Below, piece by piece: positions 19,269 through 29,346 of a stretch of DNA of 64,000 nt. The position numbers were made by a program, and so were the translations under genes. The notes below the pieces were generated by a model, which saw nothing but the letters and a program-made list of their open reading frames with translations, did not search any database and was not told the DNA's origin. Where the stretch lies: the NCBI GenBank assembly GCA_947085165.1, contig CAMTVI010000003.1, positions 79,248 to 143,247 of the forward strand, in the 5' to 3' direction. Source of the DNA: an uncultured Opitutaceae bacterium. GTDB lineage: Bacteria; Verrucomicrobiota; Verrucomicrobiia; Opitutales; Opitutaceae. Each line of letters begins with the position of its first letter. Positions within the stretch are counted from its first letter, which is position 1.

Positions 19269-20675
19269 ATGAAACTACCACAGAGCCCTCCGCCGTGGCC
19301 GCTTCTGGCGAAGAAGATTCGGGAACCCCGCCAGATGGCGGCCTATGTGCATCAACGTGATTGGCTGGCCAAGGATCGCTACCGGCACTGGAACGATCTG
19401 CGGCGGCGGGCGGCACCCGAGGGATTCTCGCACGAAGAATATTGGTATGTCCTTAAACAATCTCGCCGCAGTGGTTACCGGTGCGTCGGATTGAAGGATA
19501 AATCGGGCCAGCCCTTCGTCTTTGCGCTACCCAATCACTTGACCGAATTGTTGCATCAAATTGATCGCGGATTGGGCATGGCGCTCGGCCTGCCCGAGGC
19601 GATCGAGAAATCCGCAGCCAGCCGCGATCACTATGTGGTGAACACACTCATGGAGGAGGCGATCACCTCCAGTCAGCTCGAAGGCGCGGCCACCACCCGC
19701 CCGGTGGCCAGAGAGATGCTCCGCACCGGTCGACCGCCGCGCGACAAAAGCGAACGGATGATCCTGAACAATTTTCTCACGATGCAGCGGATTCGCGACC
19801 TGCGGACGGACAAGTTGACGCCGGCCATCGTGTTTGAACTGCACGAACGCGTCACGGAGGGAACCCTGGAGAAACCGGGCGCCGCCGGTCGCTTTCGCCG
19901 GGACGAAGAAAACATCCGGGTCGAAGACATGGAGGGAACGGTTTTTCACGAACCACCGCCCGCCGCCGAACTGTCTCGTCGGCTGGATGCGATGTGCCGT
20001 TTTGCGAACGGTGAGGAGCCGGATTTTTTCGTCCACCCCGTTCTGCGCGCGATCATCCTCCACTTCTGGCTCGCCTACGACCACCCCTTCGTCGATGGCA
20101 ACGGCCGCACCGCTCGGGCGCTCTTCTATTGGTCGATGCTCCGGCACGAATACCAGTTGTTCGAGTTCATCTCGATTTCCGAGATTCTCCTGCGCGCGCC
20201 CATTCGTTACGCGGAAGCGTTCCTGCACACAGAAACCGACGATAACGACCTCACTTACTTCATCCTCCACCAAGCCGAAGTGATTCGCGAAGCCGTCAAA
20301 TCGCTCCGCGCCTATCTGGAACACAAGAAAGCCGAACTCAAGGCCGCCGGTGATTGTCTGCGCGGCATGCAGGACCTCAATCACCGGCAGCAGGCGCTGT
20401 TGCTGCATGCCCTGCGCGAGCCGAACACGGAATACCTGATCGGTGCGCATCAACGCAGTCAGGGCGTCACCCATCAAACCGCGCGCGACGACCTCTTCGA
20501 TCTCGTGCAGCGCGGCCTGCTGGTGCTGCAGCGCAAAGTCGGTCGGGCCTATCGCTTTCGGGCACCGAACGATTTGGGTGATAAACTAGGGAAACTCTCT
20601 TCCCTCTCACGATCCCCGACCGGAGACGGGGAAACGCTACCGCTCAAGCTGCCGATCCGCACGGCGGGCGACTAG
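19269..20675 (+). CDS. Fic family protein (class II-like) with a C-terminal winged HTH
   Basis: HPFVDGNGRTAR catalytic motif; SSQLEG inhibitory motif; C-terminal VTHQTARDDLFDLVQRGLL. Confidence 0.93.
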   Translation: MKLPQSPPPWPLLAKKIREPRQMAAYVHQRDWLAKDRYRHWNDLRRRAAPEGFSHEEYWYVLKQSRRSGYRCVGLKDKSGQPFVFALPNHLTELLHQIDRGLGMALGLPEAIEKSAASRDHYVVNTLMEEAITSSQLEGAATTRPVAREMLRTGRPPRDKSERMILNNFLTMQRIRDLRTDKLTPAIVFELHERVTEGTLEKPGAAGRFRRDEENIRVEDMEGTVFHEPPPAAELSRRLDAMCRFANGEEPDFFVHPVLRAIILHFWLAYDHPFVDGNGRTARALFYWSMLRHEYQLFEFISISEILLRAPIRYAEAFLHTETDDNDLTYFILHQAEVIREAVKSLRAYLEHKKAELKAAGDCLRGMQDLNHRQQALLLHALREPNTEYLIGAHQRSQGVTHQTARDDLFDLVQRGLLVLQRKVGRAYRFRAPNDLGDKLGKLSSLSRSPTGDGETLPLKLPIRTAGD

Positions 20676-20683
20676 TCTTCGCG

Positions 20684-20760
20684 CGAGCGCACCGACAAGC
20701 CGCGCGGCAAGTTCTTCCACGTCGACTGGCCCGAGCCGACCCGCCCGCAACTGGAAGCTT
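20684..20760 (+). repeat. 77-bp direct repeat, copy 2 (displaced gnd 3' end, attR-like, ends in TGA)
   Basis: Identical to 19036..19112. Confidence 0.95.
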
Positions 20761-20795
20761 GAGCCAAACCCAGTTGGTCGTTTGACCCACTGGGT

Positions 20796-21809
20796 ATGCA
20801 GCTCCGCTTTTCTCCGCTCACGTTGGAGTTGAGGCACGCGTTCACGCTCGCCGCGAGTTCGCGCACCACGACTCCGGCGATGCTGGTCGAATTGGAACAC
20901 GAAGGCCTCACCGGCTATGGTGAAGCCGCGATGCCGCCCTACCTCGGTGAATCGCAAGCCACCGCCACCGCCTTCTTCGGCTGTCTCGATGCAACGCGCT
21001 GGACCGATCCATTCCGTGTTGAGGAAATTCTCGCCGAAATCGACACGCTGGTCCCCGGCAACACCGCCGCGAAGGCCGCGCTCGATATCGCGCTGCACGA
21101 TTGGATCGGCAAAAAACTTAACGTCCCGCTTCATAAGCTCTGGGGCCTTGACGCTGCCCGTGCGCCCGTCACGTCGTTTACCATCGGCATCGATACGCCG
21201 GAAATCGTCCGCCAGAAAACCCGCGAGGCAGAACCGTATCACATGCTGAAAGTGAAACTCGGCCGCGACACCGACCAACTGTTGATCGCGACGATTCGCG
21301 AAATCACCGATAAACCACTACTGGTCGACGCCAACCAAGGTTGGACCGATCGCGAGGAAGCCCTGCGCATGAGCGAGTGGCTCGCGACGAAGGGCGTCAT
21401 CCTGATCGAACAACCCTTTGCGAAGACCGCCCTCGACGACACCGCGTGGCTGCGCGAACGCAGTCCGCTGCCACTGATCGCCGACGAAAGCGCGCAACGC
21501 CTCACCGATGTCGCGCGACTCCGCGGGGTGTTCGACGGCATCAACATCAAACTGATGAAATGCACCGGCCTGCGCGAAGCCCACCGCATGATCACCGTCG
21601 CGCGCGCGTTGGATATGAAAGTGATGCTCGGCTGCATGACCGAAACCTCGTGCGCGATTTCCGCCGCCGCTCAACTCGCGCCGCTCGCCGACTGGGCCGA
21701 CCTCGACGGCGCCCTCTTGATCACGAACGATCCGTTTGACGGCGCCACTTTCGATAACGGCCGCATTATTCCCACTGACCGTCCCGGCATTGGAGTGAGG
21801 CACCGCTGA
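20796..21809 (+). CDS. Dipeptide (L-Ala-D/L-Glu) epimerase, enolase superfamily
   Basis: GYGEA, TSFTIGID, LKVKLG, VDANQGW, IEQP, ADES, INIKLMK, GCMTE and DLDG. Confidence 0.88.
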   Translation: MQLRFSPLTLELRHAFTLAASSRTTTPAMLVELEHEGLTGYGEAAMPPYLGESQATATAFFGCLDATRWTDPFRVEEILAEIDTLVPGNTAAKAALDIALHDWIGKKLNVPLHKLWGLDAARAPVTSFTIGIDTPEIVRQKTREAEPYHMLKVKLGRDTDQLLIATIREITDKPLLVDANQGWTDREEALRMSEWLATKGVILIEQPFAKTALDDTAWLRERSPLPLIADESAQRLTDVARLRGVFDGINIKLMKCTGLREAHRMITVARALDMKVMLGCMTETSCAISAAAQLAPLADWADLDGALLITNDPFDGATFDNGRIIPTDRPGIGVRHR

Positions 21810-21818
21810 GCCATCTCG

Positions 21819-22895
21819 ATGACGACCGCTCCCCCAGCCGCCACATTGCGCGAAAAAATCGGCCAATTGCTGATCGTCGGTTTCCGCGGCTGCACCCCAG
21901 CGGAGTGCCACCTCGTCGTGCGCGACATCCAGTCGCACCACGTCGGCGGCGTGATTTTCTTCGATCAGGAAATGAGCGGCGGCACCATCGATAGCGGTTT
22001 CCGTCGCCGCAACATCGAGTCGCCGTCGCAAGTGCGCGACCTCATCACTCATCTGCAAACGCAGGCGAGCGTGCCGCTGCTCGTTGCGGTCGATCAGGAG
22101 GGCGGTCGCGTCAACCGGCTCAAAGCCGCTTACGGTTTTCCGGCGAGTATTTCGCACGAGGAACTCGGCGCGCGCAACGATCTCGCGGAAACGCACCGCG
22201 CCGCCGCCGCCATGGCCGACACACTCGCGACCGCGGGTTTCAATCTCAATCTCGCGCCGGTCGTCGATCTCGATGCCAATCCCGATAATCCGATCATCAA
22301 GGGCAAGGCACGCGCGTTCTCCGCAGATCCGCACGTCGTCGCGCAGCACGCGGGCGAATTTGTGCGCGCGCACCGCGAGCGCGGTCTCGCCTGTTGCGCG
22401 AAACATTTTCCGGGCCACGGCAGCGCGGCGGGCGATACGCATCTCGGGCTCGTCGATGTCTCCGCCACGTGGCACGAGCGCGAACTTGTGCCGTTCCAAC
22501 AACTGATCGCCGCCGCGCTCTGCGACGTGATCATGAGCGCTCACGTTTTCAATGCGCGACTCGATCCCGAGCGACCGGCGACCCTGTCACGTGCGGTCAT
22601 CACGGATTTGTTGCGCGGCGAACTCGGTTTTCGTGGCGTGGTGGTGAGTGACGATTTGGAAATGAAAGCCATCTCGGCGCACTACGGCATGGATGAAGCG
22701 ATTTCGTCCGCGCTCAACGCCGGCGTCGATGTGCTCTGCTTCGGCAACAACCTGAGTTACGATCCCGACATCGCGCCGCGAGCGATTGAGTCCGTGCTGC
22801 GCGCGGTGGAAAGTGGCCGCGTCACCGAAGCACGTCTCGACGAAGCTTATCAACGCGTGTTAACTCTCAAGCGTCGGCTCGGCTTGCTCGCCTGA
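21819..22895 (+). CDS. nagZ: GH3 beta-N-acetylglucosaminidase (NagZ), no signal peptide
   Basis: VDQEGGRVNR, KHFPGHGS..GDTH and VSDDLEM. Confidence 0.85.
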   Translation: MTTAPPAATLREKIGQLLIVGFRGCTPAECHLVVRDIQSHHVGGVIFFDQEMSGGTIDSGFRRRNIESPSQVRDLITHLQTQASVPLLVAVDQEGGRVNRLKAAYGFPASISHEELGARNDLAETHRAAAAMADTLATAGFNLNLAPVVDLDANPDNPIIKGKARAFSADPHVVAQHAGEFVRAHRERGLACCAKHFPGHGSAAGDTHLGLVDVSATWHERELVPFQQLIAAALCDVIMSAHVFNARLDPERPATLSRAVITDLLRGELGFRGVVVSDDLEMKAISAHYGMDEAISSALNAGVDVLCFGNNLSYDPDIAPRAIESVLRAVESGRVTEARLDEAYQRVLTLKRRLGLLA

Positions 22896-22914
22896 GTCCT
22901 CTGTTTTCTTCGTG

Positions 22915-23916
22915 ATGTTTTCCCTCCGCTCTCTTTCCGCCCTCGGTGTTCTCGCCGCACTTACGCTGTGGTCCGGTTGCGCGACTCCGCCCGCGACACC
23001 GCTCTCGCGAAAGGGCGACGAAATCGTCGTGGCCGGACAGTTTTTTTCAATCGGCACGCCGGTTGTGACGTGGATGGACCCGGGCGGTTACGATGCGTAT
23101 CGCGTGGAGCGTCGCTTCGCGCCGTTGGCGGAGAGTGGTTGGGAAAAAACCGCGACCGCGCGGCCCGACATTAAATCGCCGAATCGCTACAGCCTGCGCT
23201 CGGTAAATTTATCCACCGAAGAAATCGCGCGCGTGCGCGGCGGCGGTTGGGATTTGCCGTTGTTGCGGCGCGTGGTGGATCAATTCGTCCTCCACTACGA
23301 CGCGTGCGGCATCAGCAAACAGTGTTTCAACATCCTCCATGATCACCGCGGACTCTCCGTGCACTTCATGCTCGATCTGGACGGCACCATTTACCAAACG
23401 CTCGACGTCAAAGAGCGCGCGTGGCACGCGTCGACGTCCAACGACCGTTCCGTCGGTGTCGAAATCGCCAACATCGGTGCCTACGCGCCGGGCGACACGG
23501 CGGTGCTGAAGTCTTGGTATCGCCGCGACGCCAAGGGCGGAACGGAAATCACCATTCCGGAAAAACTCGGCGACCCGATGTTTCGCGTGAAAGGCTTCAA
23601 GGGCCGCCCGATTCGCCCTGATCCTGTGCGCGGCAACATCCAGGCGACCGACCTCGTGCAATACGATCTCACGCCGGAGCAATACGCCGCGCTGATCAAG
23701 CTCACGGCGGCGCTCAGCAAGATCTTCCCGAAGATCAAACTCGACTACCCGCGCGACACCAAAGGCCGGCTCGTCACGCACAAGTTGCCCGACGCCGAAC
23801 TGGCGAAGTTCGAGGGCGTCATCGGCCATTACCACATTCAAACGAACAAGACCGACCCCGGCCCCGCGTTGCAGTGGGACAAAATCATCGAGGGCGCCCG
23901 CCAACTTCGCCACTGA
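22915..23916 (+). CDS. N-acetylmuramoyl-L-alanine amidase (Amidase_2, AmiD-like lipoprotein)
   Basis: Lipobox LWSGC; FVLHYD, SVHF, ERAWHA, SVGVEI and GH...KTDPG. Confidence 0.85.
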   Translation: MFSLRSLSALGVLAALTLWSGCATPPATPLSRKGDEIVVAGQFFSIGTPVVTWMDPGGYDAYRVERRFAPLAESGWEKTATARPDIKSPNRYSLRSVNLSTEEIARVRGGGWDLPLLRRVVDQFVLHYDACGISKQCFNILHDHRGLSVHFMLDLDGTIYQTLDVKERAWHASTSNDRSVGVEIANIGAYAPGDTAVLKSWYRRDAKGGTEITIPEKLGDPMFRVKGFKGRPIRPDPVRGNIQATDLVQYDLTPEQYAALIKLTAALSKIFPKIKLDYPRDTKGRLVTHKLPDAELAKFEGVIGHYHIQTNKTDPGPALQWDKIIEGARQLRH

Positions 23917-23937
23917 CGCAACAAGCCAGTTGCTGCG

Positions 23938-23962
23938 GTTTGTAACCGATTCGGTTACAAAC
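23938..23962. repeat. 25-bp perfect palindrome, copy 1
   Basis: GTTTGTAACCGA-T-TCGGTTACAAAC. Confidence 0.9.
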
Positions 23963-24067
23963 GCGACGGTCGCCTGAGTGATGCGTTAGGCGAATATGAC
24001 TGGACTGTATTCGCGTAAGACGTGCGCCCCGATTGTTTCATGGCGGCTGGAGGAGTAACATTGTCCC

Positions 24068-24277
24068 ATGCCTAAAACGGAAAGAGAGATGTATCAATTC
24101 CTTGGATCGTCGTTGAGCCTGATTCCCGAGGAGATTCTGTTCGCAAAACGCCCGAACTCGCCGGCAGATGCTGCTCCACCGGAAACGCAGATGAGCGAAG
24201 GATCGGCGGAGAAGAATCCAGACTCGCGCGCAACCGCCATCGTCGCACCCCGCGATGCAGGGCCGCAGCCTGGGTAA
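24068..24277 (+). CDS. Possible small protein (69 aa) between two palindromes
   Basis: ATG preceded by GGAGGAG about 12 nt upstream; no recognisable motif. Confidence 0.35.
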   Translation: MPKTEREMYQFLGSSLSLIPEEILFAKRPNSPADAAPPETQMSEGSAEKNPDSRATAIVAPRDAGPQPG

Positions 24278-24313
24278 GTAGCGGGCCGAAATACTCGGAG
24301 CCGCCCAACTCAC

Positions 24314-24338
24314 GTTTGTAACCTATTAGGTTACAAAC
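24314..24338. repeat. 25-bp perfect palindrome, copy 2
   Basis: GTTTGTAACCTA-T-TAGGTTACAAAC. Confidence 0.9.
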
Positions 24339-24363
24339 TCACTTGGCGGCTTGCGGTGGTCGC

Positions 24364-25650
24364 TCAGGATTTCTTGCCGAAGGCGGGATCGATTTTGACG
24401 AAGGCGCAGGCGGCGAAGGACGGAATTGTGCACGCCATCACCCAGAGAAAGAAATTTTGGTAGCCGAGCTGCTCTTGAATCCAACCGGCGGCCATGCCGG
24501 GCAACATCATGCCCAGCGCCATGAAGCCGGTGCAAATCGCGTAGTGCGCGGTTTTGTGTTCGCCCTCGGCAAACATAATCATCGTGAGCAAGTAGGCGGC
24601 GAAGCCGAAGCCGTAGCCGAATTGCTCGACCGCCAGCGCCGCACCAACCACGGCGACACCACTCGGTTGCCACCACGCAAGCGCGACGAAGATGAGATTC
24701 GGGACGTTCATCGCAAAAATCATCGGCCACAGCAGACGCTTGAGCCCGTAGCGCGAAATCACAAAGCCGCCGAGCAAACCGCCGCAAGTCAGCGCGAGCA
24801 CGCCGATCGTGCCGTAGGCGATGCCGACTTGCTGTGTGCTCAAGGCGAGTCCGCCAACGTCGCGTCCATCGAGCAGGAACGGCGTGACGAGTTTCAGCAG
24901 TTGCGACTCCGCGAAGCGGTAAAGCAACAGAAAGCCGAGCATGACACCAATACCGGGCTTGCGAAAAAATGCGCCGAACACCGCGACGAAATCCGCGACG
25001 AGGCGACCGCGTTGCCGCACCGCGTGATCCACGGCCGGACGCGGCAGCACGAACGAATGGTAAATGCCTGCGACAACCGCGAGTCCCGCGAGCAAGCCAA
25101 ACACCAGCGTCCACGCCCGCACGACGTCGCCGGTGTAATCTTGGAGATAACCCGCGAGATAAACGAGGCCGCCCTGCCCCGCGATCATCGCCAGTCGGAA
25201 AAACGTGCTGCGCACGCCGACGAACGCTGCTTGTTGGTGCGCGGGCAACGCGAGCATGTAAAAGCCATCGGCGGCGATGTCGTGCGTGGCAGAGCTGAAG
25301 GCCAGCAGCCAAAACATCGCGAGCGTGAGCTGGAAAAAATGCGGCGCGGGAATCGTCAACGCCACGAGCGCGAACGCCGCGCCAATGGCGAGTTGCAGCG
25401 AGACGATCCAGAAACGTTTCGTGCGAAACAAGTCCACCACCGGCGACCACAACGGCTTGATCACCCACGGCAGGTAAAGCCAGCTCGTGTAGAGCGCGAT
25501 GTCGGTGTTGGAGAGTTTGAGATTCTTATACATGACAACCGAGAGCGTCATCACGACCACGTAGGGAATGCCCTGGCTGAAATAGAGCGTCGGAATCCAA
25601 CTCCACGCGCGGGCGGCATTAGCCGGTTGAGAGACAGGAGTAGCGTTCAT
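24364..25650 (-). CDS. ampG: AmpG-family muropeptide MFS permease
   Basis: LYFSQGIPY, LPWVIKPLWSP.VD and SATHDIAADG; about 12 TM segments. Confidence 0.85.
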   Translation of the reverse strand: MNATPVSQPANAARAWSWIPTLYFSQGIPYVVVMTLSVVMYKNLKLSNTDIALYTSWLYLPWVIKPLWSPVVDLFRTKRFWIVSLQLAIGAAFALVALTIPAPHFFQLTLAMFWLLAFSSATHDIAADGFYMLALPAHQQAAFVGVRSTFFRLAMIAGQGGLVYLAGYLQDYTGDVVRAWTLVFGLLAGLAVVAGIYHSFVLPRPAVDHAVRQRGRLVADFVAVFGAFFRKPGIGVMLGFLLLYRFAESQLLKLVTPFLLDGRDVGGLALSTQQVGIAYGTIGVLALTCGGLLGGFVISRYGLKRLLWPMIFAMNVPNLIFVALAWWQPSGVAVVGAALAVEQFGYGFGFAAYLLTMIMFAEGEHKTAHYAICTGFMALGMMLPGMAAGWIQEQLGYQNFFLWVMACTIPSFAACAFVKIDPAFGKKS

Positions 25651-27197
25651 GGCGAGCGGCGGGTGGAGTTGAGCAAGAGGGTCGTGCGCGGACTTTCGTG
25701 GCCGAGGCGATCAACCGCACTCACGACCACCGCATCGACCGGTCCGTGCGCGTCGCCGGCGGAAAGCGAAATGGAATTCTCCTGCGCGGGTTGCGTGTGA
25801 AATCGCCAGTGGTTTCCGTGACGAAACCAAATCGCGAGCAGCGTCGCGTTCTGCGGCGCGCGCACCAACACACGGACGGAGCTGGCGCGTTGGAGTTGCG
25901 GCGCGGCGAGGGTTGACTGACCGAGCCACGGCGTCGCGGGCACGAGTGCCGGTTGCACGTAGACGCCACGCGCGAGTTGCGTGGCGATGCCCTGTCGGTC
26001 CTGCAACAAGGCGATCATGCTGAAATGCGCGTGGCCGCTCGCGGCGGGATGTGCGCGCGCGAGTGCGATTTGGTTGGGGATTTCCTCGGGCCGCCACGAT
26101 TTCGGCGTGTCGTTGATCGAACTCGTGAAGAGACCCGGCCAGAGATGGCGTTGATGCGGATTTTGTTTCGCCCAGTAATCGAGCAACACGGGGAACGATT
26201 GCGCGGTGCGCTCGGCGGGCCAGTAGAGTTGCGGCACAAGATAATCCAGCCATCCGCGCTCCAACCACAATTCGACGTTGGCGTAGAGATCGTCGTATTG
26301 GCTGAAGCCCGCGATGCCGGGCGGACGACGATCGGGACGACCAATACCGAACGGACTGATGCCGAAGCGCACCCACGGTTTGATTTCGTGGATGGCGCGA
26401 TACATCTGCGCGACGAGATGATCGACGTGGCTGCGCCGCCAGTCGGCGCGGGCGAGTTGGCCGCCGCTGGCGCGGTAACGTTGCCACGCGGGCTCGTCGG
26501 GAAACTCCACGGTGGCCTTGCTCGCTTCGCTGCCGGGTTTGGCCTTGGCCGCAAGCGGCGTGGCAATCGGATACGGATAAAAATAATCGTCGATGTGCAC
26601 GCCATCGATGTTGTAGCGCCGCACGACATCGCGGATGACGGCGAGTGTGCGCTCGACGGCGATGGGTTCAGCGGGATCCATCCACAATGCGGCACCGTAG
26701 GTTTTCACTGCGGCCGGATGCGTTTGGGAAAGATGCGTGGCGGAGACGGGAGATTTCGCTTCGTGGTGACGCGCGCGGTAGGGATTGAACCACGCGTGCA
26801 GTTCGAGTCCGCGCCGGTGCGCCTCGTCGACCCACGTTTGCAACGGATCGTAGAACGGCGCGGGGGCACGGCCCTGTTCGCCGGTGAGATATTCGGACCA
26901 CGGCTCCAACGCCGACAGATAAAGTGCATCGGCGGACGGACGCACTTGGAGAATGATCGCGTTGAGATTCAGCGCGCGGGCGCGGTCGAGGATGGCGATG
27001 ATTTCGGCGCGTTGTTGCGCGACCGGCAAACTGGGACGGCTCGGCCAATCAATGTTGGCCACGGTGGCAACCCACGCAGCACGAAATTCGCGCGGAGCGG
27101 GCGGTGCTTCACTCGCCAGTCGATTCGACGTCGCGCAGCCACTCACGACCAGCAAGGCAAACCCGAGCGCAACCAGAGCGAGCGCGCGACACATCAC
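25647..27197 (-). CDS. GHL10 (DigH/YddW-like) glycoside hydrolase lipoprotein
   Basis: Lipobox VSGC; REFRAAWVATVANIDWPS, LHAWFNPYR, DGVHIDDYFYP and PQLYW. Confidence 0.88.
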   Translation of the reverse strand: MMCRALALVALGFALLVVSGCATSNRLASEAPPAPREFRAAWVATVANIDWPSRPSLPVAQQRAEIIAILDRARALNLNAIILQVRPSADALYLSALEPWSEYLTGEQGRAPAPFYDPLQTWVDEAHRRGLELHAWFNPYRARHHEAKSPVSATHLSQTHPAAVKTYGAALWMDPAEPIAVERTLAVIRDVVRRYNIDGVHIDDYFYPYPIATPLAAKAKPGSEASKATVEFPDEPAWQRYRASGGQLARADWRRSHVDHLVAQMYRAIHEIKPWVRFGISPFGIGRPDRRPPGIAGFSQYDDLYANVELWLERGWLDYLVPQLYWPAERTAQSFPVLLDYWAKQNPHQRHLWPGLFTSSINDTPKSWRPEEIPNQIALARAHPAASGHAHFSMIALLQDRQGIATQLARGVYVQPALVPATPWLGQSTLAAPQLQRASSVRVLVRAPQNATLLAIWFRHGNHWRFHTQPAQENSISLSAGDAHGPVDAVVVSAVDRLGHESPRTTLLLNSTRRSP

Positions 27198-28096
27198 GAG
27201 TGCGGGTTGGCCGGGGATTCGCCCAGCGCGCGCCGCAGGTCGCCCTCGACAGCGTCGAGCGCGGCCTGTGCGGCGTCGGCGGGGAGGTTGCGCCGCAGGG
27301 AAACGATCGCGGTCTTCACGCGATGGTGGCAGGCGTCGAGCGCAGCGCGCGCGGTTGCTTCATTGGCGCCCGTGGCGCGCATGGTGAGCGCGACCGTGCG
27401 GCGGTGGAGCTTCGCGTTGGTGGGAAGCACATCGACCATCAGATTGCCGTAAACTTTGTGCAGCCGCACCATGATCGCGCTCGAGAGCGTGTTGAGCGCG
27501 ATCTTTTGCGCGGTGCCGGCTTTGAGGCGCGTGCTGCCGGAAATCGTCTCGCTGCCCGTGTCGAGGGTGATGCCAATCTCGGCGTCGCGCGCGAGCGGCG
27601 AATCCGGATTGTTGGCGAGGCTGAGGGTGAGTGCGCCGCTTTCTTTCGCCGCGACCAGCGCGCCGAGCACGTAGGGAGTGGAACCGGACGCGGCGAGCAG
27701 CAGCACGACATCGTGGCATGTTGGAGTGAGCGCGCGCAGATCGGCGGCTCCTTGCGCGGAGTCGTCTTCGGCGCCTTCGACGGCTTCGAACATCGCACTT
27801 TGACCACCTGCGAGAAGTCCGAGCGCGCGTTCTTTGGGCCAGGAGAAAGTGGGAAACAATTCGACGCTGTCCAACACGCCGAGACGACCGGAGGTGCCGG
27901 CACCGACGTAGATCAGGCGTCCGCCGGCGGCGATGCGCGGCACGGCCGCATCGATGGCGCGCGCCAACTGCGGTGCAGCGGCGTGGACCACGGCGGCGGC
28001 GTGTTGTTGATCGTCGGTGAACGCGCGGACGAGGTCCGTGGTCTCGTAGCGATCAAGGTCGGGATGGCGATCACTGGGGGTTTCGGTGGGCAACAT
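27194..28096 (-). CDS. murQ: N-acetylmuramic acid 6-phosphate etherase
   Basis: GAGTSGRLG.LD..E..PTF, EGAED, GSTRLKAGTAQK and GNLMVD. Confidence 0.95.
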   Translation of the reverse strand: MLPTETPSDRHPDLDRYETTDLVRAFTDDQQHAAAVVHAAAPQLARAIDAAVPRIAAGGRLIYVGAGTSGRLGVLDSVELFPTFSWPKERALGLLAGGQSAMFEAVEGAEDDSAQGAADLRALTPTCHDVVLLLAASGSTPYVLGALVAAKESGALTLSLANNPDSPLARDAEIGITLDTGSETISGSTRLKAGTAQKIALNTLSSAIMVRLHKVYGNLMVDVLPTNAKLHRRTVALTMRATGANEATARAALDACHHRVKTAIVSLRRNLPADAAQAALDAVEGDLRRALGESPANPHS

Positions 28097-28185
28097 CGGC
28101 GGGAGGAGATTCGTGCGTTGCGGGCCGCGATTCAATCGTGCATTGCCAGCGGAGTGGAAAATATCCGCCAACGGGGAGAACCGCG

Positions 28186-29319
28186 ATGAGCACCGCGACG
28201 CCTGCGGGAGACGACCTTTTCATCGGCGTGATGTCGGGCACGAGCATCGACGCGATCGATGCGGCGTTGGTCCGCTGTGGTGAGCGCGTGGAATTGGTGC
28301 GTGGTCACACGCGGCCGTTTCCGACGGAATTGCGCGCGGAACTGCGCCGTCTTTGCACGCCGGGCGAAAATGAAATTGAGCGACTCGGCCGCGCCGATGT
28401 GGCGGTGGGACGCGAGTTCGCGCTAGCCGTTCAGGAGTTACTTGCCACGGCGGGAGTGAATGCGGCGCAAGTGCGCGCGATTGGCAGTCACGGGCAAACA
28501 ATCCGGCACCGGCCGCAGGGCGACGCGGCGTTTACGCTGCAAATTGGCGATCCCAACGTGATCGCGGCGCAGACCGGCATCACGGTGGTGGCGGATTTTC
28601 GGCGGAAGGACGTGGCGCTCGGCGGACAAGGCGCGCCGCTCGTGCCGGCGTTTCACGAAGCGCTGTTTCGCCAGCAGGGACGCGACCGCGTGATTTTGAA
28701 TCTCGGCGGCATCGCCAATCTCACGGTGTTGCCCGGCGATGAACAAAGTCCGGTGCGCGGTTTTGATACGGGGCCGGGCAACACATTGCTCGATGCGTGG
28801 TGTCGCCGCATCACAGGTGAACCGATGGATCGCGACGGCGCGTTGGCGGCGCGAGGTTCGGTGATCGCGGAATTGTTGGAACGGATGCTGGCGGATCCGT
28901 ATTTTGCGCAGCGCGCGCCGAAGAGCACGGGGCCGGAGTATTTTTCGTTGGCGTGGTTGGAGCGGCATCTGGCGGGTGCGGGTGGCATGGGCGACGCCGA
29001 CGTGCAGGCGACACTCGTGGCGCTCACGGCGGGAAGTGCCGCAGCGGCAATCGAGGAAGCGACGAACGAAAAATCCCGGGAGATTTTTGCCTGCGGCGGC
29101 GGCGCGCGGAATCCGGTGCTGATGGCCGCGCTGCGCGGACGTTTGGCGAAAGCGACTTTGCAGACGACAGCGGCGTTGGGCGTCGATCCCGGTTGGGTTG
29201 AAGCGATGGCGTTTGCGTGGCTGGCGCGGCAACGCGTGTTGCAGCGACCGGGCAATTGTCCGGCCGTCACCGGCGCATCGCGACCGGCGGTGTTGGGCGG
29301 ATTGTGGCTGCCGATGTGA
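28186..29319 (+). CDS. anmK: Anhydro-N-acetylmuramic acid kinase
   Basis: GVMSGTS.D, GSHGQT, DFRRKD...GGQGAPL, NLGGIAN, DTGPGN and KSTG.E. Confidence 0.95.
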   Translation: MSTATPAGDDLFIGVMSGTSIDAIDAALVRCGERVELVRGHTRPFPTELRAELRRLCTPGENEIERLGRADVAVGREFALAVQELLATAGVNAAQVRAIGSHGQTIRHRPQGDAAFTLQIGDPNVIAAQTGITVVADFRRKDVALGGQGAPLVPAFHEALFRQQGRDRVILNLGGIANLTVLPGDEQSPVRGFDTGPGNTLLDAWCRRITGEPMDRDGALAARGSVIAELLERMLADPYFAQRAPKSTGPEYFSLAWLERHLAGAGGMGDADVQATLVALTAGSAAAAIEEATNEKSREIFACGGGARNPVLMAALRGRLAKATLQTTAALGVDPGWVEAMAFAWLARQRVLQRPGNCPAVTGASRPAVLGGLWLPM

Positions 29320-29320
29320 A

Positions 29321-29346
29321 GTCGGCTCGCTGGTGCTCGCCGCTAC
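29321..29346 (-). repeat. GTAG-type REP-like element, family A, overlapping the M20 gene stop
   Basis: Minus strand reads GTAGCGGCGAGCACCAGCGAGCCGAC; 24/26 identical to 54286..54311. Confidence 0.65.

Noticed and set aside
23938-24338. Palindrome pair as a CRISPR array or integron attC sites
   Set aside because: There are only two adjacent copies, 351 bp apart, with a 1-nt loop and no extrahelical bases. No cas or intI gene is in the window.
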